Source: Nitrospirota bacterium (GTDB lineage Bacteria; Nitrospirota; UBA9217). From it: a stretch of 64,000 nt of DNA. Location: contig CAVWHO010000015.1 of NCBI GenBank assembly GCA_963754875.1, positions 64,001-128,000 on the forward strand. Direction: 5' to 3'. A program made the translations under genes and the position numbers. Below the pieces are notes generated by a model. That model was not told the DNA's origin. It made no database searches and saw only the letters and a program-made list of their open reading frames with translations. Positions 21,559-32,257 of this stretch are shown here, piece after piece. Every line of letters begins with the position of its first letter. Positions within the stretch are counted from its first letter, which is position 1.

Positions 21559-22517
21559 CTCGAATACTTCCTCTCTGCTTTCAGAAGAAAGAATTTCGCA
21601 ATTGCTAGGATGATAAAGCTCATCACGAACAATACGAGTGCGAGATAATAGAGAGAGGAAAGATAGAGTGCGCTGTCCGCTTCTGTGAATTCGTTCGCAA
21701 GGCTGACAGTTATCGTCGAAGCCGCATCCAGGAGCGACGTGGCGATCTTGTGATTATTTCCGAGAACGAAGGCAACGGCCATGGTCTCGCCCAGGGCCCG
21801 GCCGAGCGACAGCGCCGCCCCGCCGAAGACGCCCAGTTTTGAATAGGGAAGCACCACGTTTTTGACTACCTCCCACTGGGTCGCCCCGATGGCATAGGCC
21901 GATTCCTTGACCACGGCAGGGGTCAGGTTGAACGAATCGCGCGCAATGCTTGCCGTAAAGGGAATGATCATGATGGCGAGGATCACGCTCGCGGTCAGTA
22001 AATCGATGCCCATGGGGGTGCCCTTAAACAGGATGCCGATGACGGGCGCCCTGCCGAGAGTGTTCTGGAGCGCTGGTTCGATATATTTCGACATGATTGG
22101 AGCGAGGGTGAACAACCCCCACATACCGTAAATGATGCTCGGGATCGCGGCCAGAAGCTCGATGGCGACGCCGATCGGGCCTTTCAGAAAATTGGGCGCG
22201 ATTTCTGTTACGAAGATTGCAATGCCGAGGGCGGTGGGTATGGCGAAAATAAGTGCGAGCGCCGTGGTGACAAAGGTGCCGTAAATCGTGGTTGCTGCGC
22301 CGAAGACGCCGGTAACGGGGTTCCAGACCGTCGAGAAGAGAAAATCCACGAGACCGAATTTGCCTATGGCGAGCGATGATTCCTTGACGAGTACAATAAT
22401 GATGCCGACGATGAAGAAGATGACAGTGAAGGATGCTACGGCGGTAAGAGACAGAAAGATCAGCTCGGGAATTTTTTTCTGGGGAGATATGGCCAATGCA
22501 GGAACCTTTCTGTTCAA
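21555..22517 (-). CDS. pstC: Phosphate ABC transporter permease
   Basis: ELLAAIPSIIYGMWG, LGRALGETMAV. Confidence 0.95.
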   Translation of the reverse strand: MNRKVPALAISPQKKIPELIFLSLTAVASFTVIFFIVGIIIVLVKESSLAIGKFGLVDFLFSTVWNPVTGVFGAATTIYGTFVTTALALIFAIPTALGIAIFVTEIAPNFLKGPIGVAIELLAAIPSIIYGMWGLFTLAPIMSKYIEPALQNTLGRAPVIGILFKGTPMGIDLLTASVILAIMIIPFTASIARDSFNLTPAVVKESAYAIGATQWEVVKNVVLPYSKLGVFGGAALSLGRALGETMAVAFVLGNNHKIATSLLDAASTITVSLANEFTEADSALYLSSLYYLALVLFVMSFIILAIAKFFLLKAERKYSR

Positions 22518-22528
22518 TCAAAGGATGC

Positions 22529-22571
22529 AAAAAAAACGGGTCAGGTACCAGCACGATATGTACCTGACCCG
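22529..22571 (-). terminator. Intrinsic terminator/attenuator between pstS and pstC
   Basis: Perfect 12-bp stem CGGGTCAGGTAC/GTACCTGACCCG followed by U8 on the minus strand. Confidence 0.8.
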
Positions 22572-22604
22572 TAGATATGAACTGCGTACTCTGTACACGA
22601 AAGC

Positions 22605-23618
22605 TTAATAGTTGATGTGGTTTGACTTCCAGTAGGCGCGGATCTTGTCTTTGAGCGATTTCGGGAGCGGAACATAGATGAGATCCTCCGCCTTTTTGTC
22701 GCCGTGGATGAACGCCCAGTTGTAGAACTTGGCCACCTTGGCATTCGAGTCTTTTTTCTCTTTCCCGAGAAGGATGAACGTGGCGCCTGCGATGGGCCAC
22801 GCTTTCTTGCCCGGGGCGTTGTTGAGCCAGAGGTAGAAGTGCTTTTTCGGATCGAAGCTGGCGGATGCGGCCGCGTCCTTGAAGGTATTGAAGCTCGGCT
22901 CCACGAAATTGCCTGCGCTGTTCTTGAGGAGCGTGTAGGTCAGGTTGTTCTGCTGGGCATAGGCAAATTCTACGTAGCCGATAGAGTTCGCCTGCTGCAT
23001 CACGTAGTTGGCCACGCCTTCGTTGCCTTTGCCGCCGATTCCCGCGGGCCAGCTCACTGAGGTGCCGGTGCCGACTTTCTCTTTCCAGGCGGAGCATACA
23101 TCATTCAAATAGCCGGTGAAGATCGCTGTCGTCCCTGACCCGTCGGAGCGGTGAACGACCGTAATGTTGCCGTCCGGGAGGTTGACGCCGGGGTTCATGC
23201 TCTTGAGCTTCGGGTCGTTCCAGTTCGTGATCTCCCCCAGGTACATTTTGCAGACCGCTTCTGAATCGAGCTTCAGCTGTCCGGCCTTCACGCCGGGAAT
23301 GTTCACCACCAGCACGACGCCGCCCATCACGGCCGGGAACTGGAGCAGGTTGTTCTTTTCAAGAAATTCCGGCGTCTGAGGTGCGTCTGATGCGCCGAAG
23401 TCGACGGTTCGCTCGGTGATCTGCTTGATCCCGCCGCCGGAGCCGATGGACTGGTAGTTGAGCTTCACGCCGGTGACCTTGTTGTACTCATTGGCCCATG
23501 CGGAATAAACCGGGTACGGGAAGGTGGCGCCTGCGCCGTTCAGCATCTCTTCCGCCTGCGCCTGATTGATTGACATCATTCCGATTAAGAGTAACGCTAT
23601 TGCTAAAATCCGTTTCAT
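22605..23618 (-). CDS. pstS: Phosphate-binding periplasmic protein
   Basis: Signal peptide, GAGATFPYP, YQSIGSGGG, RSDGSGTT. Confidence 0.97.
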   Translation of the reverse strand: MKRILAIALLLIGMMSINQAQAEEMLNGAGATFPYPVYSAWANEYNKVTGVKLNYQSIGSGGGIKQITERTVDFGASDAPQTPEFLEKNNLLQFPAVMGGVVLVVNIPGVKAGQLKLDSEAVCKMYLGEITNWNDPKLKSMNPGVNLPDGNITVVHRSDGSGTTAIFTGYLNDVCSAWKEKVGTGTSVSWPAGIGGKGNEGVANYVMQQANSIGYVEFAYAQQNNLTYTLLKNSAGNFVEPSFNTFKDAAASASFDPKKHFYLWLNNAPGKKAWPIAGATFILLGKEKKDSNAKVAKFYNWAFIHGDKKAEDLIYVPLPKSLKDKIRAYWKSNHINY

Positions 23619-23652
23619 GTAATTCCTCCTTTTTTCTTTTTGAAGTTGGTAC

Positions 23653-23707
23653 GTTATACCATCGAATTGTTACAGGATTGTTACAACTTGGTTAAGCTTT
23701 TGTTAAA
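23653..23707 (-). promoter_or_regulatory. Pho-box promoter 1 (pstS)
   Basis: TTTAACA-4-CTTAACC-4-TGTAACA-4-TGTAACA-9-TATAAC. Confidence 0.85.
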
Positions 23708-23749
23708 TATTTCCGATAGTGGCCTCCTTGCCTACGGTTTTTATTCATC

Positions 23750-23780
23750 ATAACAACGCCTTACAAAGGGGTTGTTGTTA
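23750..23780 (-). terminator. Possible hairpin terminator after the receiver-protein pair
   Basis: Imperfect stem aacaacgcctt/aaggggttgtt. Confidence 0.35.
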
Positions 23781-24179
23781 CAATGGTATGCGCTCTCCTT
23801 CGGAGCAGGATGAACTGAGGTAGTGCGCGACCTTATTGCGCAGGTTCGTAATATCGCCTTTGCATATATATCCCTGGACGCCGCAGGTCGAAACACTTTC
23901 TCTCAGGCTGTCCTCATCATTGGACGAATAGAAAACGATCCGGATATGATTGGTGTCCCTCCTGGATCGCAGCAGCATCGCGAGAGTATCCCCGGCCAGC
24001 ACCGGCATATTGATGTCAAGCAGAACGAGATCGGGCTGGAGCTGACTCACGAGGTTCATTACCCCGTTCCCCTCGCTCTGGGTAACTATCTCGAATCGTT
24101 CATCTTCAAGCAGTGCCTTCGTGACATCGAGAAGCATTTCATCATCGTCAATTACCAGGATTCTCTTTTTGATTCGCAC
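23778..24179 (-). CDS. Single-domain response regulator
   Basis: ILVIDDD, LDINMP, YICKG. Paralog of 24215. Confidence 0.88.
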   Translation of the reverse strand: MRIKKRILVIDDDEMLLDVTKALLEDERFEIVTQSEGNGVMNLVSQLQPDLVLLDINMPVLAGDTLAMLLRSRRDTNHIRIVFYSSNDEDSLRESVSTCGVQGYICKGDITNLRNKVAHYLSSSCSEGERIPL

Positions 24180-24214
24180 GGATACGCCCTCTTCAACGAG
24201 CCCTTTACGGTTTT

Positions 24215-24595
24215 TTATGCCTGCAATTTGAGATATTGGCTGACCTTGCTTCGCAAGTCGGTGATATTACCCTTGCAGATATACCCCCGCACACCGTGGG
24301 TCTTCACAAGCTCCCTCAAACTGTCTTCATCATTGGACGAATGGAAAACAATAGGGGTCGTCATTGCATCGCAGTAGGGTTTAATGATGGCAGCGAGTTT
24401 ATCGCCGGACAGCGCAGGCATATTGATGTCGAGCAGCACGAGATCGGGTTGCAGTTCCTTTACGCGATTCGTCGCGCCGAGCCAACTCTTATGTGTAATC
24501 ACTTCGATTCGGTCGTCTTGGAGCAGTTCTTTGGTCGTATAGAGATGCAATTCATCATCATCGACTACCAGTACCTTCTTTTTATTCCGCGTCAT
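24215..24595 (-). CDS. Single-domain response regulator
   Basis: VLVVDDD, LDINMP, SSNDEDSLRE, YICKG. Confidence 0.88.
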   Translation of the reverse strand: MTRNKKKVLVVDDDELHLYTTKELLQDDRIEVITHKSWLGATNRVKELQPDLVLLDINMPALSGDKLAAIIKPYCDAMTTPIVFHSSNDEDSLRELVKTHGVRGYICKGNITDLRSKVSQYLKLQA

Positions 24596-25769
24596 ACAAG
24601 CCTCCCTGTTCTATAGAAACAATAAACGTCGTGCCTTCGCCGTAAACACTCTCCACGGAGATGGAGCCGTTGATGAGTTCGGCGAGATTCTTGCTGATGG
24701 TCAGTCCGAGCCCCGTCCCTTCATGGGTTTTGGTTTTGGCGTCCTCGATCTGGCTGAATGCCGTAAACAGCTTCTCCCTATGCTCCGACCTGATGCCGGG
24801 GCCGGTATCGCTGACCGCAATTTCGAGCTTGCTGCCGATAAAGGAGAGCGATATGACGATTTCTCCCCGGTCGGTGAATTTTGCGGCATTACTCGCGAGG
24901 TTCATGACGATCTGGCGCAGTTTGATGGGGTCCGTGGTCGCCATGACGGGCATTGACGGCGCCATGACAATGACCTTCACCGGCTTGCTCCCGACGAGCA
25001 CCCGTGTTGTCTCCGCTATATCGGTAACGAGCGCCGAGGCATCGAAACGCCGCCGGGCCACTTCCATCTTCCCCGCTTCGATCTTCGACAGATCTAGGAT
25101 GTTCGTGATCACGGTGCGAAGGTTTGTTGCGCTTGAGATCATGAATGAGAGCCGTTCCTTTATCTGTTCGATCGACCCCTTGTCCGCCGCCATCCGAAGC
25201 AGTTCGGCAAGCCCGATAATAGCGTTTACCGGAGACCTGAGCTCGTGGGTAACGTTTGCGAGAAACTCGGATTTTACCCGGTTCATCTTTTCAAGCTCCT
25301 GTGCGCGCGCGCTGGCCATTTCCTTCTGGAGGATATTGCTTGCCAGAGCGTTGCTTTGCTGGATCACCAGCTGTTTTACCGACAGGAGGCCCCGGTAGGC
25401 ACCCTTGGCGGAGGTCACCAGAATCTCGTCGTAGATGTCCTGCGGCGGCCGCTCCAGGGCCTTGTCGATTACCACGTCGAGCCGCTCATCCTCGGGCACG
25501 ATGAGAGGGCTCGTGTCGGCTATGGCGATGATAGGGTATTTCCCGTAGAGTTCGAAGCCGAATCTCCGGAACAGCGTAAAGAGCAGCTTTGTCCTCGTGA
25601 CGAGGCCGACGGGCTCGTTCTCCTCGACCACGGCGATTGCATCCAGCTCGGTAGTCCTGAAAAACCGCTCTGCCACCTTGTTCACGACGGTCTGAGGCTT
25701 GACCAGCTCGTTGGATATGATGAGTTCCCCGACGGGGAGCACGTTTTTCTGTGCGTTCGTCGCTTGCAT
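24582..25769 (-). CDS. CBS-pair sensor histidine kinase
   Basis: CBS-like IAVVEENEPVGLVTR..FGFELYGKYPI; ANVTHELRSP, NAAKFT, DTGPG, GTGLGL. RBS GGAGG before 25769. Confidence 0.87.
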   Translation of the reverse strand: MQATNAQKNVLPVGELIISNELVKPQTVVNKVAERFFRTTELDAIAVVEENEPVGLVTRTKLLFTLFRRFGFELYGKYPIIAIADTSPLIVPEDERLDVVIDKALERPPQDIYDEILVTSAKGAYRGLLSVKQLVIQQSNALASNILQKEMASARAQELEKMNRVKSEFLANVTHELRSPVNAIIGLAELLRMAADKGSIEQIKERLSFMISSATNLRTVITNILDLSKIEAGKMEVARRRFDASALVTDIAETTRVLVGSKPVKVIVMAPSMPVMATTDPIKLRQIVMNLASNAAKFTDRGEIVISLSFIGSKLEIAVSDTGPGIRSEHREKLFTAFSQIEDAKTKTHEGTGLGLTISKNLAELINGSISVESVYGEGTTFIVSIEQGGLYDAE

Positions 25770-25841
25770 GGAACCTCCTTTTTTATTCGGATGCCGTTTT
25801 TGCAGTGTCCCGATCTTTTTTGCATCCACGCTTCCCTGTTC

Positions 25842-26933
25842 TCATGCCACGTCCCGCGATGGGGGGAGCGCCGCTCTATTTGCCTTGATAAAAGACACCG
25901 TAAAGACGCTGCCTTTCCCCGGCCGGCTGGTGACCGTGACTCCGCCGCCCATGGCATTTGCCAAGAGTTTGACGATATAGAGACCGAGTCCCGCGCCCTT
26001 TATGCGTTCGCTGCCCACGGCACGGTAGAACTTATCGAAGATCCGGGCCATATCAGCGTTCGCTATTCCGTTCCCTTCGTCCCTTATGAAAATATCTACC
26101 CGGTCGTTCTTCTCGTCGAAGGAGATCCGGACCGTTCCGCCCTTGTGGTTATATTTTACAGCGTTGGAAACGAGGTTGATCATGATCTGCCTGATTGCCG
26201 TTCCATTTCCCCGGACAAGCGACGTCGTGCTATTTTCTGCGATTATTTCAATATCCATTTTTTTTGCCGTATCATGGAAATAGTCGACTACTTCATTGAC
26301 CAGCAAACCGATGGCGACCGGCTCGCTGGACAAGCGCTCTTTCCCATTCTCGAGCCGGGAGAGAAGTGATGCGTCTTGAAGAAGGCTTTCGGCGTGAACG
26401 GCGGCAACATTGATTGTTTTCAAAAATTTACTCGAATCGTCCTTCTGCAAGGCAAGGGAAGAATATCCTCCGATGATGTGCAATGAGTTTTTCATTTCAT
26501 GTACCATATAGCGTAAAGCCGTGTCCTGCTCCTGCTCACGGATTTGAAGCTGCATGATCGTCTGATACCGGTCGATGTGCCTCCCTACTTTCAGCAGCAG
26601 TTCTTTCATGGAATAGGGTTTCGACAGGTAATCATCAGCCCCGAGGCTGAGCCCTCTGATCCGGGCCTCTTCGTCGGACAATGCCGTGACCACGATGATC
26701 GGCAGCGACTTTCCTTTCGTGCTCTCCCGTAGAATGCGGCAGACTTCCCATCCGCTGAGCTCGGGAAGCATGATATCCAGCAGGACCGCGTCGAGCCTAT
26801 GGCATTGAACCGCGTCGAGGGCTTCCTCCCCGCTTCGCGCGATCATTGTTTGATAGTTTTCTTTTTGGAGATGGTAGCTGAGAAGTTCGGCCAAATCATG
26901 CTCATCTTCAACAATGAGGATCTGTTTTTTCAT
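25842..26933 (-). CDS. PhoB-like receiver fused to a PhoR-like histidine kinase core
   Basis: ILIVEDE, LDIMLPELSG, GADDYLSKPY, VHEMKNSL, NAVKYN, RIFDKFYRA, GAGLGL. Confidence 0.87.
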   Translation of the reverse strand: MKKQILIVEDEHDLAELLSYHLQKENYQTMIARSGEEALDAVQCHRLDAVLLDIMLPELSGWEVCRILRESTKGKSLPIIVVTALSDEEARIRGLSLGADDYLSKPYSMKELLLKVGRHIDRYQTIMQLQIREQEQDTALRYMVHEMKNSLHIIGGYSSLALQKDDSSKFLKTINVAAVHAESLLQDASLLSRLENGKERLSSEPVAIGLLVNEVVDYFHDTAKKMDIEIIAENSTTSLVRGNGTAIRQIMINLVSNAVKYNHKGGTVRISFDEKNDRVDIFIRDEGNGIANADMARIFDKFYRAVGSERIKGAGLGLYIVKLLANAMGGGVTVTSRPGKGSVFTVSFIKANRAALPPSRDVA

Positions 26934-26973
26934 TAAGCGTTCATCCCGGTTTTTTTGTGCACTTGCAGCGTGT

Positions 26974-27028
26974 ACTATACGTGGATTATGTTACCGGAGT
27001 ATGACGGCAAGGTTAAATGTTGGTTACT
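26974..27028 (-). promoter_or_regulatory. Pho-box promoter 2 (kinase cascade)
   Basis: AGTAACC-4-TTTAACC-4-CGTCATA-4-GGTAACA-9-TATAGT. Confidence 0.78.
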
Positions 27029-27098
27029 GCGCGCGCACGAGAAGATATAAGGACAACCGCATGCATGGATTAGCTGGCGGAGTGTGCATTGAAAAGTT

Positions 27099-27926
27099 TT
27101 ATGGCTGGGCCTTCAGCGGTAAAGAAACCTCTGCAATCGTTCCCTCGCCCGGTTTACTCGCAAGGGAAATCACGCCATCGAGCTTTTTCACAAGGGCTTT
27201 GACAATTCTGAGGCCCAGGCCGGATGTCGCAAGGCCGTACATTTCATCATCATGCCTGCGATCGGATGACTCAATCACGGCTTGGATCTGTTCCGGCGGC
27301 ATCCCGTTGCCGGTATCGGCAACGGTCAGCCTGATCTTGTCGTCGTCTTTGCTCAGGATCACGGCAATCCTCCCCCGGGTGGTAAACCTCGCTGCATTGT
27401 TCATGAGCCCCGTCATGATCTGCCTGATCAGGGACGGGTCCGAGTAAATGACGACGGGACCGGGGCAGGAGACGTCCATGACGGTGACCGGCTTGTCCCC
27501 CACGATCGAGCGCGCAGCTTCCGACACGTCATGGAGCAGTGCAACAATGTCGAAGTGCTCGCCCACGGCTTCTGCGCGCTCTTTTTCGAGTTTTGTAAGT
27601 TCGAGAACAGAGGAGAGGGACGACGCAAGGTCTGCCGCTCCTGTCATGAGGAGCGAGAGCCGGTTTTGGACGGCTGCTAATTCTCCTTTTTCGTATGCCA
27701 CCCGCATGAGTTCGGCCATGCCGAGCATTTCATAAAGCGTCTGCCCGATATTCTGCGTCGCCCGCGAAATGACCGGCGAGATCAGACGAGGCGGCTCCCA
27801 GAAGGCCCGAAGCTCCATCCCCTGGACAGCGTTTGTGTTCAGGGACGGGAGAGCGCCTGCCTCGGCGGATGTGCTTCGCAAGCTTCGTTTCCTTGAATAA
27901 GCCGGGGCATGCTGTAGTGTCTTCAT
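27099..27926 (-). CDS. Histidine-kinase-like protein lacking the phosphoacceptor His
   Basis: HATPase boxes NNAARFT, DTGNG and SGLGL are present, but the H-box reads ATQNIGQTL. Confidence 0.75.
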   Translation of the reverse strand: MKTLQHAPAYSRKRSLRSTSAEAGALPSLNTNAVQGMELRAFWEPPRLISPVISRATQNIGQTLYEMLGMAELMRVAYEKGELAAVQNRLSLLMTGAADLASSLSSVLELTKLEKERAEAVGEHFDIVALLHDVSEAARSIVGDKPVTVMDVSCPGPVVIYSDPSLIRQIMTGLMNNAARFTTRGRIAVILSKDDDKIRLTVADTGNGMPPEQIQAVIESSDRRHDDEMYGLATSGLGLRIVKALVKKLDGVISLASKPGEGTIAEVSLPLKAQP

Positions 27927-27963
27927 ATTTTCTCCCTTCTCCATTCAGAACAAAGCGTGTCCT

Positions 27964-29040
27964 TCATGAAACCGGGGCCGCCTCTTTCGGACGCATCCTG
28001 AACAGAAAGAACAGCGCAGCAGCCAGAAGCAGCAAAAAGTAAAACGTAAAAAAACGCCAACCTGCAGTCACGATGCCGATTGTCTCGGCCGGCAGAAATG
28101 AGCGATAGAAAACAGAAAAAAGGGCCTCTGCGCCGCCGATGCCGCCCGGCGTGGGAACGAACGCCAGCAGCGCAAAGACGATCACCTGGAGCGCCATGAA
28201 CAGCATGGGCCGGGGAGTGATGCCGAGGCCCAGGAGCAGCAGGGAGATGATTGAATACCGGCAGATCCACTGGATCGTCGTGAGGGCCATGGTCAGGGCA
28301 AAAACTTTTTTCCCCTTCAGGACGATGGTGTGATACGTCGCAACGAACTCATGGCAGGAGCCCCTGATGCGGCCTGTAATTGTACGTAAAATAGGAAAGC
28401 GCTCTGTGATTTTTTTTGAACGACGGCTTGCCGCAAGTGTGCCTGCGAGGAGCAGTAGGCTTGCTGCTCCCGGCAAAATCCAGCATGATACATGCCCGAG
28501 TCCGGCAGTGGAGCTCCTGACAATCGGTAGGTCCCATGCTGAAGACATTGTGAGAGCTATGGGGACCATGACGAGAAAAAAAAGGGTGTCTTCGAAACTT
28601 TCAAGTAGTGCGAGGGACAGTGCCGCGCCTCCGGAAAACCCTTGTTGCATCAGCATCCAGGTTTTTATCGGTCCACCGCCGACCGCGGGAGGGCTTGCAG
28701 CTGCACCGAGTTCCACGCCTATCGCAATAGCGAACATATCCCGGTAACGCTGGTCTTTGCCGAGGAATTTGCTCCAGATGAGGAGCCTGAACGATCCGGT
28801 AAACCAGGGAACGATACACAGAAGCATTGCAAGGACAAAGTACGCCGGCGAAAATCGCACAACAGAACTCATCATCGCATGATCCGTGAACGCGAACAAA
28901 TAGACTATGTTACCGATGACGCCGATCGGTATAAGAATGAACAGCTTATTGAACAGCATATTCATTCGTGTTCCCGGATTTTCTTTGGGCGCTAAAGGAC
29001 CGGGGATTCGGTTTCTGGCAACTTCATGCGCAGGTTGCAT
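27964..29040 (-). CDS. Lysylphosphatidylglycerol synthase TM / flippase-like membrane protein (UPF0104-like)
   Basis: Multi-TM protein; SPPAVGGGP, VPTPGGIGGAE, WRFFTFY. Confidence 0.8.
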   Translation of the reverse strand: MQPAHEVARNRIPGPLAPKENPGTRMNMLFNKLFILIPIGVIGNIVYLFAFTDHAMMSSVVRFSPAYFVLAMLLCIVPWFTGSFRLLIWSKFLGKDQRYRDMFAIAIGVELGAAASPPAVGGGPIKTWMLMQQGFSGGAALSLALLESFEDTLFFLVMVPIALTMSSAWDLPIVRSSTAGLGHVSCWILPGAASLLLLAGTLAASRRSKKITERFPILRTITGRIRGSCHEFVATYHTIVLKGKKVFALTMALTTIQWICRYSIISLLLLGLGITPRPMLFMALQVIVFALLAFVPTPGGIGGAEALFSVFYRSFLPAETIGIVTAGWRFFTFYFLLLLAAALFFLFRMRPKEAAPVS

Positions 29041-30883
29041 GTCGCTCCCGTTCCAGGGCTTCATGATAGGCCAGGAATTGACGGGAACCATCCTTGCCCA
29101 GATACCGCTCCAGCATCCGGGGCTCTGTCTTCGTCAGGTCGACCATGATCAGACCGTCAAGAGCATTTCCAAAGGCCGGGTCCACATTGAAGCCGGCGAT
29201 CGTGCCGCCGAGCTTGAGATACTGCTTCAGCAGGACCGGGACCCCCTTGCGGTCTCTTTCCACGCAGGATATCAGTTTCGACAGTTCCTCGACATCCTCC
29301 TTCAGGAGCTGGACCGCGGCATCGATGTCCCAGCCCTTGAGTGATTTCGATTGAAGCGGCTTTCTTGCTTTCACGAATCCGGCCACATCATCCTGGTATC
29401 TGGCTTTTTTCAGATAGCCGACCATGAGCTGTTTCGACAGGGCATGGTACTCGTCGGTGATGCTCACCGGTCCGAATAATGTTTTATACTGCGGGTTATC
29501 GACAACGAACCTGCCGATTCCTTTCCAAAGGAGCAGAAGCGGAGCAAAGGATTTCTGATATTCCAGCCGAATGAAGGAACGCCCCATTTCCAGCGCCGGA
29601 CCGAGCCGCGCGATCAGCGCCGGTTGATAGCGGAAGAGGGTGTTCGTATAGAGTCCGCGTACGCCCTGCTTTTTCACGATCTCATCGGTCTTGCCGAGAC
29701 GGTAGGAACCGACGACCTGATTTTTTTCAACGGTTCCAGATGAACAGGTGGAGTATAGGTATGATCGAACCGGTCGAGGTCAACGGCTTTTCCCGGTCCC
29801 TTCGCCCACGGCGCGGAAGGTGATCTCGCGCAGCCTGCCGATCTCAAGCAGGATATGAGGTATCTGATCGGCCGTCGCTTGAAGCACGAGATACTCGCCG
29901 TTTTCATGAAGGATCTGGCTCGGCGGCAGCTGACGGATTTCTTCCGCCATGACCTCTGTCGTTCCGGGGCGACATGATCGCGCCCATGGTATCGCGTTTC
30001 GCCTTTTGGACATAAAGGCGGCAATGGCGGGAGTCTTTTGCCTGACTGCTGCGATGCTCCAGGATATACGTGCGAAGCCTCAAGTAGGCCGTCATATCGG
30101 CATCCTGTTCAAAGGAAGCGAGCTTCTTGAAGGAGATGAGGTCTCCGACGCGCATTTTGATTCTTTTTGTCCCTTGTTCAACAGTTCATTCGGCAGCATG
30201 GCAGTGCGGAGGAACGGATGGACCATGCCCGCCATGTGAAAGGCCGCGCTGTTCGTGCCCTGGAAGAACATCGGGAGCACCGGCGCGCCGGTCTTTCGGA
30301 TGATGCGGGCGATACTGTGGCTCCAGTCGGGATCGGTGATCGTGCCTTTCTGCAGGTCGAAATGAGATACCGCGCCGGCGGGAAAGACCACGAGCATGCC
30401 GTTGTTCTGCACCCACTGGATGGATTCCCTGATCGGTTTGATGTTGTCGCGGACCGATGTCGTTCCCTTGAAGGGGTTTACGGTGATGAGTAAATCCCGT
30501 ATTTCCGGTACGGCATTCAGCAGGTAGTTGGCCATGAACTTGACGTCGACGCGCATCTTGCGGAGGATCGATGCCAGGATCACGGTTTCGATGCCTCCGA
30601 AAGGATGGTTTGCCACGACGATCACCGGACCTTTGGCCATCATGATCCGGGCAAGGTCTTCTTCCGGCAGATCATAGGAGACGCACCAGTTGTCCCAGGA
30701 TCTTGTCCGGGAACGGCCGGTCGTCCCGCAGCCTGCTGACGTCGTCATAGATCCGGTTCAGCCGGGGAAGAGCCAGGACATGTTCTATCGGTCCTTTGAC
30801 CAGGGAAAACAGTTTGTTCTGGAGCGGGTTCTTGAAATCCACGTTCAGGTTGAATATCCGTTTGGTTGTGTCTGATTCATCAT
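29024..30883 (-). CDS. Bifunctional PlsC-type acyltransferase plus GNAT N-acyltransferase, OlsF-like ornithine/amino lipid synthase (several frameshifts)
   Basis: VANHPFGGIE, FPAGAVS, EIGRLREITFRAVGEG, LLLLWKGIG, LFGPVSI, PVLLKQYLKLGG, FNVDPAFGNALDG across frames. Confidence 0.8.
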
Positions 30884-30897
30884 GCCTCCTTGAAATC

Positions 30898-31002
30898 AGT
30901 TCAAAGTTCACTAGTTCAGAGTTCAAAGTAAAATCATTCGCACTCCTATGCACTCTGAACTTTGTATCCTGTACTATTTTTTGTGCACTCCGAACTCGAA
31001 CT
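30898..31002. repeat. Intergenic inverted heptamer array (AGTTCAR..ACTYTGA)
   Basis: agttcaa agttcac tagttcag agttcaa ... actctga actttgt ... actccga. Confidence 0.7.
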
Positions 31003-31013
31003 ATGATCTATAT

Positions 31014-32257
31014 TTACGCCACCCTCGCCCGAATGGTGTCCGTGATACGGTAACTCCAGGACCAGACGCCTGTCTCCGGGCAGGGAGACAGACGGGAATC
31101 GCGGCCTATCACATACCGGTTTCCCCGCCAGACCACGGTTGAGCTCAAAAGCGGCACGAACCACAAAATTCCGATGAGAAGGTCTTTGATCGGGGCCAGC
31201 AAATAGACGAGTGACGACGGTTTGTGCAGATCGGTCCTTGCGCGACGACGCCTCGATCGCTCTCCCGATGAAGGCATCGCCGAGAATTTTTACCAGGCCG
31301 ACAAGGACCGCACAGGAGAGGGTTTCACGAGACGGCTTGAACAGGATTGGCAAAGAAGCGATAAAAACCGGATTGGCAAGAAGTTCTGAAACGTATTTGA
31401 TCCCCGCCGATCTTCCATCTGAGCTTTCCCCACCGCGTATGGCGGTTCAAAAAACGTTTGACGCCCCAGTACTCATTCACATTGCTGACCAGGTAATTCG
31501 ACAAGACGACCCTTTTCCCGCTCCGCTTCATTTCCCGTCCGATGATGAAATCTTCAGCCAGGATGTCTTTGAAGGCAGTAAGACCTCCGAGCATCTCCAG
31601 ATCGTGCTTCTTCATGAGCATGGACTTACCGATGACGCAGGGCATGCTGAGGAACCTGTCGAGAAAGCTGACGCTCCCGATAATGAACGAGTTCAGGTGA
31701 AGGTTCTCAAAAAGAGCGCCAAAGCTCCGTCCGCCCACTCCCTGGATCAGGTTGCTGACGAGCCCGACTTCGGGGTCCTTGGTATGTCCCATGATTTCTT
31801 TCAGGTAATTTTTGTCCACCAGTGACATTGCTGTCGCTTATGAGAATGTAAGGATGACGGGATTTTCGATACGCGGGGATGAGGTTGTTGACTTTGGGGT
31901 TGAGTCCGACGTTGCACTTCTCGATGATGAGGGATATGTTTCGGTCGGGGTATTTGTCCTGGATTTTTTTTGCTACTTTGTACGCTGGATCGTTGAAGTC
32001 TTGCAGGCAAAAAAGAACTTCGTATTCAGGATAGTCCTGGGTCGCAGAAGCTCGCCAGGTTGTCGAAAAGGTTGTCGTCGAGTCCCCTGAGCGGTTTCAG
32101 GATCGAGACTGGCGGTGAATAGTTCATGTCCTGAGCTGATGTCCGGGTGGACGGTTTTGCGCTTTCTCTTGATGAGCGAATAGGCAGCACCAATCTGAAA
32201 CAGGTAGAGAATGGTTCCTAAGATTGAGATCGCCGCACATATGACAAAGAAAGTCAT
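31014..32257 (-). CDS. GT21 ceramide-glucosyltransferase/HpnI-like glycolipid glycosyltransferase (several frameshifts)
   Basis: N-terminal TM, VSILKPL, GLNPKVNNL, ILISDSN, VIGKSM, LAEDF, RHTRWGKLR, VVWRGNRY. Confidence 0.82.
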
